Source of the DNA: Bugula neritina | Taxonomy: Eukaryota; Animalia; Bryozoa | Reading direction: 5' to 3' | Assembly (NCBI GenBank): GCA_964035545.1 | Contig: OZ037765.1 | Span: forward strand, 30,937,504 to 31,001,503 | Length of the DNA: 64,000 nt | In this document: one piece after another, positions 43,601-55,834 of the stretch | How positions within the stretch are numbered: the stretch's first letter is position 1 | Layout of the letters: each line of letters starts with the position of its first letter | Notes under the pieces: generated by a model | The model's input: only the letters and a program-made list of their open reading frames with translations | Told to the model about the DNA's origin: nothing | Database searches by the model: none | Translations under genes and position numbers: made by a program

Positions 43601-44915
43601 ATTATTGGTAATCTAAGGAAAGTAATTGTGGGACACTTGCACTCACATGTCATGATTTCTTTGATGCGTATGTCTTTCTCAAGCTTTTGATCATATAACA
43701 AGCATTAGCTTGCTGAAGACCTTTAACCCAGTTGATGGGAAAAATTGAAATAATTGCAACGTAAAGTTCTATGTTTTAAAAGTCGGTAATTTTGTATTTG
43801 TAGAATTTGCACTTTTGTTATATTTTTATTCTGCACTTTACTAGACAATCACTTACATGTTCAGTGGTGTGATTCATAGCAAACTCTATAATATAGGGCA
43901 TCTGTGATGGGGCAGGCAGCATCATTTTAGCCAGTGAAGACGCTGTTAAAGCCAACAATCTAAAACCACTTGCTAAACTACTTGGATACCAAGTCTCTGG
44001 TAAGTAGTTGTCTTACCACTACAGTCAACACTTGCGTCATGTTTCCTACTATCTGTTGTCAAACTAGGTGCTGTAAATGAGTAACATTTGTTATTTTAGG
44101 CTGTGACCCTCACATTATGGGTATTGGACCAGTGCCCGCAATCAGATTACTGCTAGACAGAACTGGTTACACATTAGACAATATTGATATGGTTGAGGTA
44201 TATATTTATTATATTCATCAATAATCAAAATTAGTTTTTATCTCGGATAAATTTTTTTCGTCTGCATTTTATGTTTAAATGCTATTTGAACTCTTCACAT
44301 AAAATGCTTGTCTCACCTTGATAAAGTTAGTTGTATATAAAATATGTTTTGCAGTGTCAACCATATTGAAATGTTTTGCATATTACTTTGTTCTGATTTA
44401 GATAAATGAAGCATTTGCCCCGCAAACTTTGGCATGTATGAAGGAACTTGGTCTTGACCATTCTAAAACTAATGTAAATGGTGGTGCTGTTGCTATGGGT
44501 CACCCTGTAGGCGCCTCAGGCAGCAGAATTACAGCGCATCTATGCTATGAGTTGCAGTAAGTCACCTTGTCTTGAGAAACTAACATTAACATAATTCATT
44601 GATATATTTAGTTTGAGAATATACTAGAAAAACAACACTAGAATTTATTTGTTACAATATAGGGTGACGCTATGTTGAGAGTAAATTTGTGGCTGTGATG
44701 AGGTAGTCACTTCTGATGAATGTGTTAAACATTAAAGCAAAATATTTTGTATTATAATGATTGTGATATTTCACCTACTGTATTAAAATATGTGATTTCT
44801 CGATATTTAACCAATTGATTCTTGTATTGACAGGCGCACACAGAAGAAACTTGCCATTGGTGCAGCATGTATTGGTGGTGGACAAGGAATTGCATTACTC
44901 TTGGAGAGATGCTGA
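40699..44915 (+). CDS. ACAA2: Mitochondrial 3-ketoacyl-CoA thiolase, 395 aa
   Basis: Exons 40699-40714, 41315-41481, 41698-41943, 42350-42486, 43267-43450, 43897-43999, 44100-44197, 44402-44556, 44834-44915 (1188 nt). Motifs: [23 protein letters not shown] (catalytic Cys), [47 protein letters not shown]. Confidence 0.97.
40770..41120. other. Degenerate 6-bp periodic (ANWNTN)n tract in the intron after the ACAA2 ATG exon
   Basis: agtctt acactt acagtt acagta; ataatt atattt; agtatc agattc agtgtc agtgtg. Confidence 0.7.
42118..42246 (-). mobile_element. Decayed 5' half of the tRNA-Thr-derived SINE
   Basis: The reverse complement agagagcagtgtagttctgtggttacagcgctgacctaataagtacaaggtcatggattcaaagcccagcagggccattgacgtcaggaaaagcatccaatcgaaattgctcttgtgcc aligns with 52110-52232. 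Confidence 0.85.
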
Positions 44916-45187
44916 GTCATAAACTAAATTCTAACTAATTTCTAATGCCTTGTGACAAGTAATCATACTTTTTTGAGTAATGTATGAATAATTTTAATCG
45001 ATAGGAGCATTCCTGATCACGGTAATCTAAATATTTATTGTGATTCTAATCATAAAATAAAACCTAAACTGATGTACAAAAATAAAATTCAATTATTTAA
45101 TAAAATAAATAAACTTTGTAACACAAAATAATAGCTGCAAAACTTTTCTGAAAATATGGTTGCTTGTCAAGACCAGAATCATAACAG

Positions 45188-48100
45188 TTATGCACTGTTG
45201 GGATAATTTCTAACAGCTGTGATCATTGGAGGTGTGGATGGAAGACTTGGAGGCATCGGTGTCAAGCATGAATTGTGGCGAGATAGACGAGGTCGTTGAA
45301 AGTTGTTAGAATGTTGCGTGGGAAACCTGACAGCCATAGAGGCTCTTAATCGAGGCATAGGTGATGATAGCCTGCTCGTATGATACGGTGTAGCAGGTTG
45401 GCCATAAGCAGCAGTAGACTGACGGAAAAGGCCATAGTTGTAAGGGCCTTTAGTTCTAGCCGGTTTACCAAAACTGCCATATCTTGCTGCAAACATTTGA
45501 AGAAGGTTTTCGCAAACTTCTTTTTTAAGAGAAGTTGAAGTACACATAATTAACACTAGAAAAATATCTTAAGATTAGGCATGGTTTAGACTTGCTACTT
45601 GCTACAAAACATAAAAGTAGATCACTTCAGCCTGATAGAAAATGTAACCATTCACCACCTGAAATCAATACTTGGCATTGCTTAGATGCCTGATTATATT
45701 ACTTCTGCAGAAAAGTGCAAAAAGTTGTTATTTTCTCTCCCAAGGATAAAGTTTAGTTGTCTTCTGGCAGAAAGTATGTGACTTATTTTTAAGAAAATTG
45801 TAGGAGCTTTTAATGCCTGCTGTAAAGTAATCCAGTCAACATATATAGCAGTAATGACATTGTATTACCGCTTACCTTGGGGTTGCCAAACTACAGGTGG
45901 TGGTCTCGGTTTGTGTGACTCAACAACCATCTTATCAGCATCCCTCTGCTCTTGAATACACTGAGACAATAACATTATCAGTGAAAGGTAAATCTAACAC
46001 CAGACACAGCAAATGTAGCAAATAACTAGTATAGTAGTTACAGAAGAGATGCTAGTACCAAGATATTTATCTATTGTTCAAATATATTAGCGAAATTTAC
46101 ATTTCAAGTCATATACAATGGCATCTCAAAACGTATTGTAAACGTCACTCAAGCTAGAAAGCAAGATGTCTATAAAGATGACCATGTTAGTAAACTATTT
46201 GATAGCGAGCTAAATGAGTGAGTGTGGCCCACCACACAAAGGTATACTAGCTTACCCTTTGCAAGTCAGTGAGAGTTTGACTAGCTGATACGAGAGGCTT
46301 GGTCAACTCGCCAGAGGGTACGGTTACATTCTCTATAGAACTAGCGGCTCGATCTCCTGTGCAAAATAACAGATATATGTAAATTTGGCAGTCTCAGAAA
46401 AAGCTTTTTTAACACAAGGATGCTGCTTTAGAAATTGATTGTAATGTTTAACCCACACTTTAAACTAAATGACATAAATTCAATAAACTTAAACAAAACT
46501 CCACATAGCCTAATGGAAATAAAATATGTAGGTCGAATGTATGATTAGCAAAAATGCCACTCAATAAGACAGCACTCAATAAATTAAAGTATAAAACTTT
46601 TATATTATAATAAATGCAATATGATTCTTATACTGAAACAAAACTCTAATCATTTCAAACTAGTACAAATATGTCTGTATGGTTCACCTGCAACACATTT
46701 CACAGGAGAAGATAACTTGGGTAGGGTCCATTCTTTAGGAGTGTGATCTCTATTAATAGCCCAGAAACAACCCTTGCTGCCGATTTTCTCATCACAAACA
46801 GCTATCTTCTTAAACCACTTCTGATAGAGGGCGTGTCTTATTGAACTCTGTCAGTTATATATATATATATATATATATATATCACAAGGTATCATAACTT
46901 TATATAATGGCTTAAATTATAGAATATCTATAGACCATGAATTATAACTTTACACATAAAATAAAATTTCAAGTATATAACAGCATCACAACAGAACTAC
47001 AAGAGTTATATCTCATAGTGATGAGTTACAACCCGCTAGAGTTTATGGCAAAAGTAAAACAACAATATTATATAAAATAATCAACAAACTGAGAGGAACA
47101 AGGAAAATTAACTAATTCTTTTAAAAATCATGTCCCAACACAAGGTGTATCAGATTCATTACTGTGAACAAACATAATAGAATGAAAACACATACTCTCC
47201 AGCTACTGGTTGTGAGTTTATCCATAAAGGCAAAGTATGGATATTTCAACCTGCATAATTATTAGAAAAATAATATTATTTTCACGACTGGCATTCAAAT
47301 TGGATTATATAATCATATGGGAAAACAGCTCTGAAAAACTATACATACAAAGCAGAGAAAATGCTAAAAAGTTTCTTCATACTTACATTAGATAACTGTA
47401 GACCTGCTGCACTTGCAGTAAGCCGTCAGGGCTGCTATCAATAGCAATAGCAACAAGTTCAACTAACTTTCTCCCTGGTTTCAAGAGCTGAGTGCCTGTA
47501 CAAAAATAATCTTGAAATGTAAAGCACTAACAGCTAACTGAATAGAGGTCATGCTGAGACTGCCTAAAGCTCTTTTCAAGTCTATATAGAAGTTTTATTA
47601 AAATTATGTTAAAGTCATGTAGAGGTAATATGTTACTTTACAATATTAAAAGTCTTAAAAGAATTTAGTCAATTTGAATAACAATTTTAAACACAATTTA
47701 TTGATCAGCATAATGTTAATTTCTAGTGCTATTATTTACTTCAGTTTGTGCTAAATCAAAACAAAAAAGGAAGGATATATCTTCAGCTAACCAAGTGGAA
47801 GTACAATTCTATTCTTGTTTTCTTTAAAGACCACGTAGCTGCGTTCATCAATGACATAGACTGGCTGAGGGTTGGCATGGTGCTGCAAGGTATACGCCCC
47901 GTCATTCTGATACTCGTATATGGGAGCATCAAGATAAGACATGCTACAAGCAAGCAGCTCCTCTGGTCTGCTCTCCCCAGGAGCCAGACATAACTCCTTA
48001 TCTGGCTTTATGTTGTTTAGAAATATATTTGCTCTTTGCATGATATCATATTCTTCCATCTAAAACAACACATGCTTCTTCACACTATGATCAATTCACA

Positions 48101-50285
48101 GCTTTTAATATAAAACTATAAAAGATATATACAACTGCATCATTCTACACAAACCTATATGAGTAAATGTCTGAATTCAAAATAAAGTTTTGTAAATAGC
48201 AAACCAACATTTAAATATAATCAATGCAATATTTTATTTAAAAAAGCCTATTTGTCAAGTTTTATACGGTTTTTAAAAAAAAAGCTGTCAAAAGGCTTAA
48301 TTATTTAGGCAGTCCCACATATTACTTGTAATCAGCATTGATAATAAAATATCTCAGAATAAGCATAAACGAATAGCCTATTATTTTACAATGCCATAAA
48401 ATTGATAGTTGTGTATTAATTCCAGTTTGAAGTATTTTTTCAATAATTATAGTACGTGCAGTTAGTAAATTTATGCAGTTAATAGCATTAGGCAGAGAGC
48501 AAATAACCAAAACATTTCAAAGATTTTATTAAAAATGAAAAATTATCTTTTGACAATGAGAATAGGTATCATCCATTACATCACAATTTGTAGAAGTATT
48601 GAAAATATAGGATTGAAAATATAAGATTGAAAATATAGGATATCACACGGGCTAATTGAGTTGCACTGACTTCTGTGAATTGAATATGGGCTGAAGAGGA
48701 AGTGGCGGCCATCTTTCTTAGTATGGACTCCTTCCTTTTGTCTATCATACCAACGGTGAGTAACTCGCCTACAATACATACAACAGACAATGTATAACAA
48801 ATAAGGAACTTACTATATAGCTGGTCAGTCATTTCAAGGTCATACAAGTCCTTTTTTCTTTGAAAATAGCAACTTTAGTACAAATAGAAGTGCTGACATA
48901 ATGCACAATTCAGAGAGACAGCATTGAGCTTGTATGTCATGATGGTTTGAATAAATGAAATTAGATATTTACTCAGAAAATGGAATTTCTTTATCAACTT
49001 ACTAGGTATTGACGGTTATGTATATTAAAAAGAGCAAACAAATCTACACTTTCAGTTACAAACAAAATATGTTGTATAGTATGACAAAACTAGAGTCATA
49101 ATATAGTTTCACTAAAATTTTTACTATTTTGTACAGCTTATTGAAGAAGTCCAACAATATATTAGAGAAAATGTTAGCATATGACTAGTAAAATGCAGCA
49201 CCCATTATTACTCACACATTATAAGTTTTGGAGATTTTTCTGCACTGATCTCATTTTGAATAGCTTTTAGAGGACTCTGACAGTATTCATTATTATTATT
49301 ACAGTTTTCAGTTGCAACTTCTACGAACTCTAAATGATCATTAGCTCGAACGGCAATGTCTTGTTTACGTTTACGCTTTTCGGATGTTGTCCTGGAGTTA
49401 AAACGATTAGAAATTGTGCCACAAGGATTTGGAGCAGGAAGAAAATGAGAAAGTTTTGGTGAATTTTGAAATGTAATTAGACTGCTTTTGCAGTCATCAG
49501 CAAACTGTTCTAAAACTTGACAAACATCTGCTTCGTTAGGCGAAAGACTAAGAGGGGAGTAATTCAGACTATTGCTGCCTGAATCCTCAAACTGGACAAT
49601 TGTGTCAGCATATGAAGGGTCAAGAAACATCTGCACACAGTCTGCCTCTTCACTGAGGGGAAGGAACACATCTTTAGCTATTTTGTCTGTAAAATATCCA
49701 TCAGCTTACATTTGTTAGCATCCTATTGAAAAGATACAGAGATAAATTATTCGCGATCTTTCATGAGTTTGCAACAGTAAACGATATGAAAGATATACTA
49801 GCATATGGAGTATGTAAAGTTTAGTGTGAGCTAACAAGTTATATTGGAAGCATGCTAGAGGAATGTTTGAAGAAACACAAAAATTGATTTATAAATTAAC
49901 ACATATTATTGATATTAACTTTGCATATTGTAATTGTTGGTGGTCACAACATTTAATATTGCTAGTATATATGAACTAGGAAAAGATAATGAAAAAGAAC
50001 CAATAATAAACACTGCCTTCATATGCAGAATTTCAATAAAATCTGTTTGTACATCCACATTATATGAAATAGTACTTTGAACTACAAGGAATATTACCAG
50101 TGTTTTAGAAAAGAAAGCTTTGTACCAATATTGAGTATCTTCTGATTTGATTTTTCTACATGCAGCTATGCAACTGCAACGTCATAAATATATAATGTTG
50201 ACAAAATATCCCTGACACAAACTACAAGGTATTTACCTATATCAACACTGATATCTCCAAACGCATGCAGGTCTTCATTGTCCAT
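45188..50285 (-). CDS. Divergent forkhead (winged-helix) transcription factor, about 587 aa
   Basis: Exons 50285-50237, 49686-49216, 48768-48671, 48059-47792, 47495-47387, 47250-47196, 46847-46688, 46356-46256, 45960-45876, 45555-45188 (1764 nt, all phases compatible). Domain: KPGRKLVELVAIAIDSSPDGLLQVQQVYSYLMLKYPYF...SSWRSSIRHALYQKWFKKI...GSKGCFWAIN. Candidate non-coding exon-1 donor at 51504. Confidence 0.85.
46856..46882. repeat. (AT)n microsatellite
   Basis: About 13 AT units immediately upstream (minus strand) of the acceptor at 46848. Confidence 0.95.
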
Positions 50286-50739
50286 GATTGATACAACAGT
50301 TTACACAGCTAAAACATGCAAAAAATTCCTCGTGTACAAACAAAACATACTGTGCAGAACAAAGATGCAATGTAACATGCATGCAAAAACTCACCAAAAA
50401 TAATATGTAATTGAATAAATGTAAAAGGCCATTAGTCAACATAATATCTATATATGTATTTCAAATTTGGCTTGAGGCCCAATTCATCTCATGCAGACTA
50501 ACTTATTAGAACTAGTCGGTTGTAGAATAATGCAGCAAATATGTGTTAACCTGGTTTGTTATAGATAATTGTGATAATATATTGAGAGCTCCAAAAATGT
50601 ACTTATTAAATAAAATACTTTATTTACAGGTGATTATGATCATCATTTAATATTTAAAATTGTGAGCAACAGGCTGGATCTGATTAGTAATCTAACTTTG
50701 TTATCAATTTTGCTGTAAGAGTAAGTGCTTTTTCAATGA

Positions 50740-51480
50740 GTATTACCAAGTACCATATCCAATCACAACTCACAATGTCAATGTGGAACTGAAAGTAAAT
50801 GTCAGTGAAAATATAAACTATTGAATAACATCTGATTTGTAGCAATTTGCTTTGACTTACTTAAACTAATTCAGTAAGAGAAGTAAAAGCACATTACTAA
50901 GCATAAATCAAGAGTCTTGCTCTTAGTTTCAGTTTGCTATTAATAAATAATCCATATCACTATCACTATCAGTAATTGTTTTCACTATTACTTTCACTCT
51001 GTGTTTCAATACCTGATGACTATAATTATAATGATTTAAATTTCAAACATCAAGGATCATCATCATCATGTCAAATAAGTATAACATTCAATTTTATTAT
51101 TAAACTTCAAGTTTATGCTTTTACTAAATTCAAATTGTTGCAAATTTATCTTATTTTATAACGTCAATTACAAGCCTATTAATATGATATTATAATTTAT
51201 ATTTCTACATAAAAATTAAAATGACTTAGTCTGAGTCTCCTAACGTATGAGCATTTGGGGTTAAGTTAGCAATACTATAATTGAAATACTTTTTATTTGA
51301 TATTTATATTAATAAAACATTAATATTATAACAATAACATACTTAGAGTTTGAGATTGAGTCTAAGAGTAAGTTGCGTAGTGAGACTGAGACTGAGAGTA
51401 TCATAGTCATAGTGATACTGATAGTGATAGTCATACTCATGCCTATTACTATTAGTAATAGTGATAGAAACTAAAGTTCA
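50740..51480. other. Degenerate 6-bp periodic (ANWNTN)n tract in forkhead intron 1
   Basis: agattg agtcta agagta ... gtagtg agactg agactg agagta ... atagtc atagtg atactg atagtg atagtc atactc; atatc actatc actatc agta. Confidence 0.85.
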
Positions 51481-52109
51481 TTAGAATATTACAATCCTAG
51501 CACCTGTTTGGAAGATTTTCTTTATTTATCACTTCATCTTGTAGTATATGTTTTCTATTAATAAACTTCAGTTGCCAGAATAAGAAATTATGCCCGTTGC
51601 AGGGATAACAAATTATCCTTGTCTGCTGTAGATTCAATGAACTGCCTTCAGGTAGCAACATAACAAACTAGTCGTTAATGTTTTAAAATTTGTCTTTTAT
51701 TTACCGACAACTAAAAGAACTAAAGCAAAACCACTACTGAAAAACTTTATGAGGGACAACTCTTAAAATTCAACAGAGCACATGCTGCAAGGTGATCACA
51801 GCAATGGGCTTAAAGTGCTTTAAACTGCTGGTGAAAGATATTTTGCTGGTTGATTTTACTACAACTGCTAGATAAAGTTTCATTACTAATTTTAGTTTAC
51901 TATATCATCTGAGCGGCCATCAGCCATGCATGAATTCTTCACACACATTAAATTACAGCATATATTTATAGCACTGTATTATTGGTTATATAGCACTATA
52001 AAGCAAAATAATGAATTGGTAAATTGAGTTCTAATTACATACTTTACTGCTAGATAAATAGCAAATCAAATTTTATAATTTATCTCTCACCTTTACAGTA
52101 AAATTGTCA

Positions 52110-52317
52110 AGGGAGCAGCCGTGGTCTAGGGGTTAGAGCGTTTGCCTAGTAAACAGGAGGTCATGGGTTCGAGCCCAGACAAAGGCCATTGGTGATGTTA
52201 GGAAGAGCATCCAGTCATAATTGCTCCTGTGCCTCATTTAAATAAGCCCTTAGCAAAAACCCTTTCTATCAGGGGTTTCTCACAGGGATAGTGACTACAA
52301 ACTTGCGTGAGTTTTTC
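52110..52317 (+). mobile_element. Full-length tRNA-Thr(AGT)-derived SINE with a 17-bp target-site duplication
   Basis: TSD ttacagtaaaattgtca at 52093-52109 and 52318-52334. A-box tggtctaggggtt, B-box gggttcgagccc, anticodon loop ctAGTaa followed by acaggag as in tRNA-Thr(AGT). The acceptor and anticodon stems do not pair fully; a non-tRNA body follows. Confidence 0.92.
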
Positions 52318-52784
52318 TTACAGTAAAATTGTCATAGCAGCATATTATTCCCAATTTAAACTCCTGAAAGACTTGTAAGAGACATGTATTAGTTAATATT
52401 ATATTCAAATATACATTTTAAATTTGAACGAACTAGCTTTTATTATTATTGTGCTTCTATTTTTTAAAATTTTACTAAAATTTGCAATGTAAGTAATGCT
52501 CATTTGTAAAATTAGTCAGTACCACATTATAACATATCAAGTTGAAATTACTGCTATTTTATAATATAATATATAAACGCATTTTAATTACTCTAACTTA
52601 TAATTTTCTATCTTTTTCAAATTGAAAACAAGCAAATTTTCAACTTATAATATGACCGACAAAAACATAACAGATTGTGTTTGTGCTCAGTGCTTGCAAT
52701 CAAGAAGTAGAATTATAGCTAATATCATTATCAGTTAGTTTAATTATGAAATTTAAGAAATTGTTGTACATTACACTGGCTTTA

Positions 52785-53064
52785 GGTAAAAATGGCATAG
52801 ATAATAATGGCACCAGTAATAAGGGCATAAATGGAAAAGTAGGAAAAAATGGCACACTGATGTTAAATTTACCCAAACCCCTAATTCAAACCCTCAACCC
52901 TTAAACACCAACCTCAAACCCCCATTCCCAAACCTAAACCCTCATCCTACACACCCAACCCTACCTCAAACCCTAATATTGAAAATGTGCCATTTTCACC
53001 TACTTCGCCATTTGTGCCATTATTACCTGTGCCATTATTACCGGTGCCACTTTTACCGGACACC
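52785..53064. mobile_element. Non-autonomous foldback/MITE-like element with a telomere-like core
   Basis: 71-bp imperfect inverted arms (52785-52855 and 52987-53057) built from 15-bp ggtaataatggcacc sub-repeats, flanking a degenerate (aaaccct/aaccct)n core at 52870-52976. Confidence 0.85.
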
Positions 53065-53183
53065 ACATTGCACTATGTGTCTTGTCTAAAACGTTTGCTT
53101 GAAATTGAAACTATGACATCTTCAAAATCATGTAGTTTTAGATTGAGTATTAATTTAAATAAAACCTTATATATTATATAACA

Positions 53184-54561
53184 TTATAAACATGAACGTT
53201 GAACAAAAATATAGGTAGTTGCTTCTAAATGAATGCTTGCATAATGAAGATATTTTAAATAAATCATTTGGGTATCTTCTTTATATTGTTTCTTGGTACT
53301 CGATTCTATCTTACTAAAGTTGTCATCTCTTGAAATAAACTTATCAAATTCTGTTTGACCCATTTCCTCTCTGTTTTCCAGACAATCCCACCTTCTTGCA
53401 ATGGTTTCTGGTTTGTCAGAACAAGTCAGCCAATCAACGGAGAGCTTTAGTGAATCTACATGAAGGTCAAGGTTATGGCAATGTGCCCAGCACTGAGTCA
53501 TCAAAAATTGTATGCGAACATCCCTTTGTTGTATCAAGGTTAGTAAATCCTTTAAAATATCATCAATGAACAGATAGCTAGAGTTTTTTCTTGTGTTGTC
53601 AAATATTTTTAGATAGCCGGACTTATCATCAATTCTGTCTCCGTGACCCCAGAATATAACTGTTAAGGTGTTCATTGCATCCGCATTCTTTTTTAGTGTC
53701 TTGGTAACAATTGAAAGAAACTCAGCACATTGACTGACTCTATGAGTGTCATGGATGTGTGGTAGACCATATTCCATTATGAATACTTCTATTTCCCCTT
53801 CAAAATAAGTTTGTTATAAATATATATATATATATTATATATACTAAATGCAATATGTTATAGCTAACACATTAATATCCTTTGCATCTTTATCGTGCAT
53901 TACAACATTCATGTTTAGGAACATTTTAGTTTCAATAATAACACTTTTATGCATGTCAAAAACAACTTATTTGCGTTTACTCTCGTGAGAAAATTTCCAA
54001 GTTTCAACATATAAAAAGATTTTAGTTGACATAATAAAGTTCATTACTAGAGATCATAGTGCATACGTCAACAGCATCATAATATTTGCCTACATGAGAT
54101 GAGCTCTCACCTAAAATTTGCCCGTCTTCTTTTTCATTTTCTGGTGAATACAAGTGCAAAACTCTGTTTCGTGTGTTTTTGGACAAGTCTAGACAACTGC
54201 CATAAGAAACTAAGTTGCTAGATGGCTCCATATATTTCACTTGCAGTAAAATAGCTGGATAAATGACAAATTTGCTATACTCTCCATGTGCATAAATTTT
54301 CTAAAGCTGCTTATATGGAAGATATACAAACAAATAAAATAAGACTAATTGAATTCAATAATTATAACTTACTGTGAAAATTGGATTATTATCTTTATAA
54401 TCAACAACCATAATTTTGAACATTTCTATTTTCACGCATATATAAACATTACAACTTACCCTTTCATCAACAGACCGGAGTGTTTGTTGATTGAGTAATA
54501 AGAAGTTATAGTCAATAAAGTTACTGCACCAAGCTTCTACTAGCTGTATATTATTTAGCAT
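53184..54561 (-). CDS. Uncharacterised ~301-aa protein with a clan CD (caspase/metacaspase/CHAT-like) His-Cys motif pair
   Basis: Exons 54561-54460, 54300-54111, 53797-53184, phase-compatible (906 nt). The last acceptor is an AAG, or an in-frame TAG 9 nt downstream. Motifs LTVIFWGHG...GYLKIFD...YLFIDDILKDL...RIQFLMTQC. Candidate UTR-exon donor at 54700. Confidence 0.65.
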
Positions 54562-55834
54562 CTAGCTAAAGTCAATTTACATAGTATAAATAGAAATTAA
54601 TCTAGAATATTTTTTCAACAAGGTGTTATGCTGTAATATGCATTTAGTAGAGCTAATAAAACACATACAGTATTGAATACATGCAAGATTAATGCATACC
54701 TTTACAAAGTAAATTGTGCGAAAACTCCTGCATTGCTACTACTTTAAATACATTACTGTTGTACACTACTGAAGGAATAACTCCAAATTAACTACTGCTG
54801 CAAAAAAAAGGTTTCTTCAGCTTCTACTATACAACATTGCATGGCCAAAAACATTCTGTGCCCTTGTGTTCAAGGGAAATATTACTGTTCGAATCATATG
54901 CCAGTTTACACCACAATGATGTGTATAATGCAGCGAACTCTAACATATGCCACTTTATGAACAAATGTGTGGAGACAACTACAGGTTTGATGTTGACTTC
55001 TGGTAAATGGAAAATATTATGCTTGCTTCCAAGAGAAAATTATCCATTAGTAAAAATGCACACATAATACCTTCATTCTACAATATTAATCAACTGTCAT
55101 ACTTGTTTGTACCAATATATTTTACTCTCTTGTATTTTACACTTAAAGCCTGACAAGCTGTTCCCTACTTCCCATGATTTCAGTCAGCACTCTTTCTACG
55201 AAGGTATAGAAACAACAAATCTATCTTTTTGGTGTGAATAAAAATCTATATATATTTTCTTGAATAGCTAAAACACAAACATGTTGATATGATTTTCCAA
55301 AATAGATTTATACATACAATAAATAGACGATGATATATCTTTTCCCAAACCTGTCATGAGTTTAGAATAAAAATATAAATATTCTATTGCACATATTCAA
55401 AGGTGTGGGAAATGTTGGGTGAACAATCACAAAATAATTAGCACCTTAAAGCTAGCAACCCACTAGCTTATATACATAATTCTACTCAATTCAATTAAAC
55501 AAATAACATATATCAATATACTGAATAAACCAAAAAGGGGCTGAGATAGCACAAAGACCTACAAACATCACTACATTAACACCAGCTGTGTTCAATCTTG
55601 TGGCAATTTCGCAATAGGTATATGGAGTTATTTCTCCACATGTAATTTTTCGCATAAGGAACACAACTCCATTGTATTACTAAGAAGATAAAGGAATAAC
55701 TGCAGATTGTCATCACGTATTATCAGTGACTAACAGTAAAACACGAGTGCCTAGCTAACACTTGGTCACTATCCACTGAAGTGTCGGGAGAGAGCCTGTC
55801 TGCGTGTCTGTCTGCTTGTCTGTCAGTCATGTAA

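Noticed and set aside
51596-51609. RFX X-box (GTTGCAGGGATAAC) upstream of the forkhead gene
   Set aside because: Several mismatches to the consensus; too weak to call without conservation.
52111-52186. Functional tRNA-Thr(AGT) gene
   Set aside because: Acceptor and anticodon stems are mispaired, a SINE body follows, and a TSD flanks it.
52870-52976. Interstitial telomere or chromosome fusion scar
   Set aside because: Highly degenerate and enclosed by inverted arms; better explained as the core of a mobile element.
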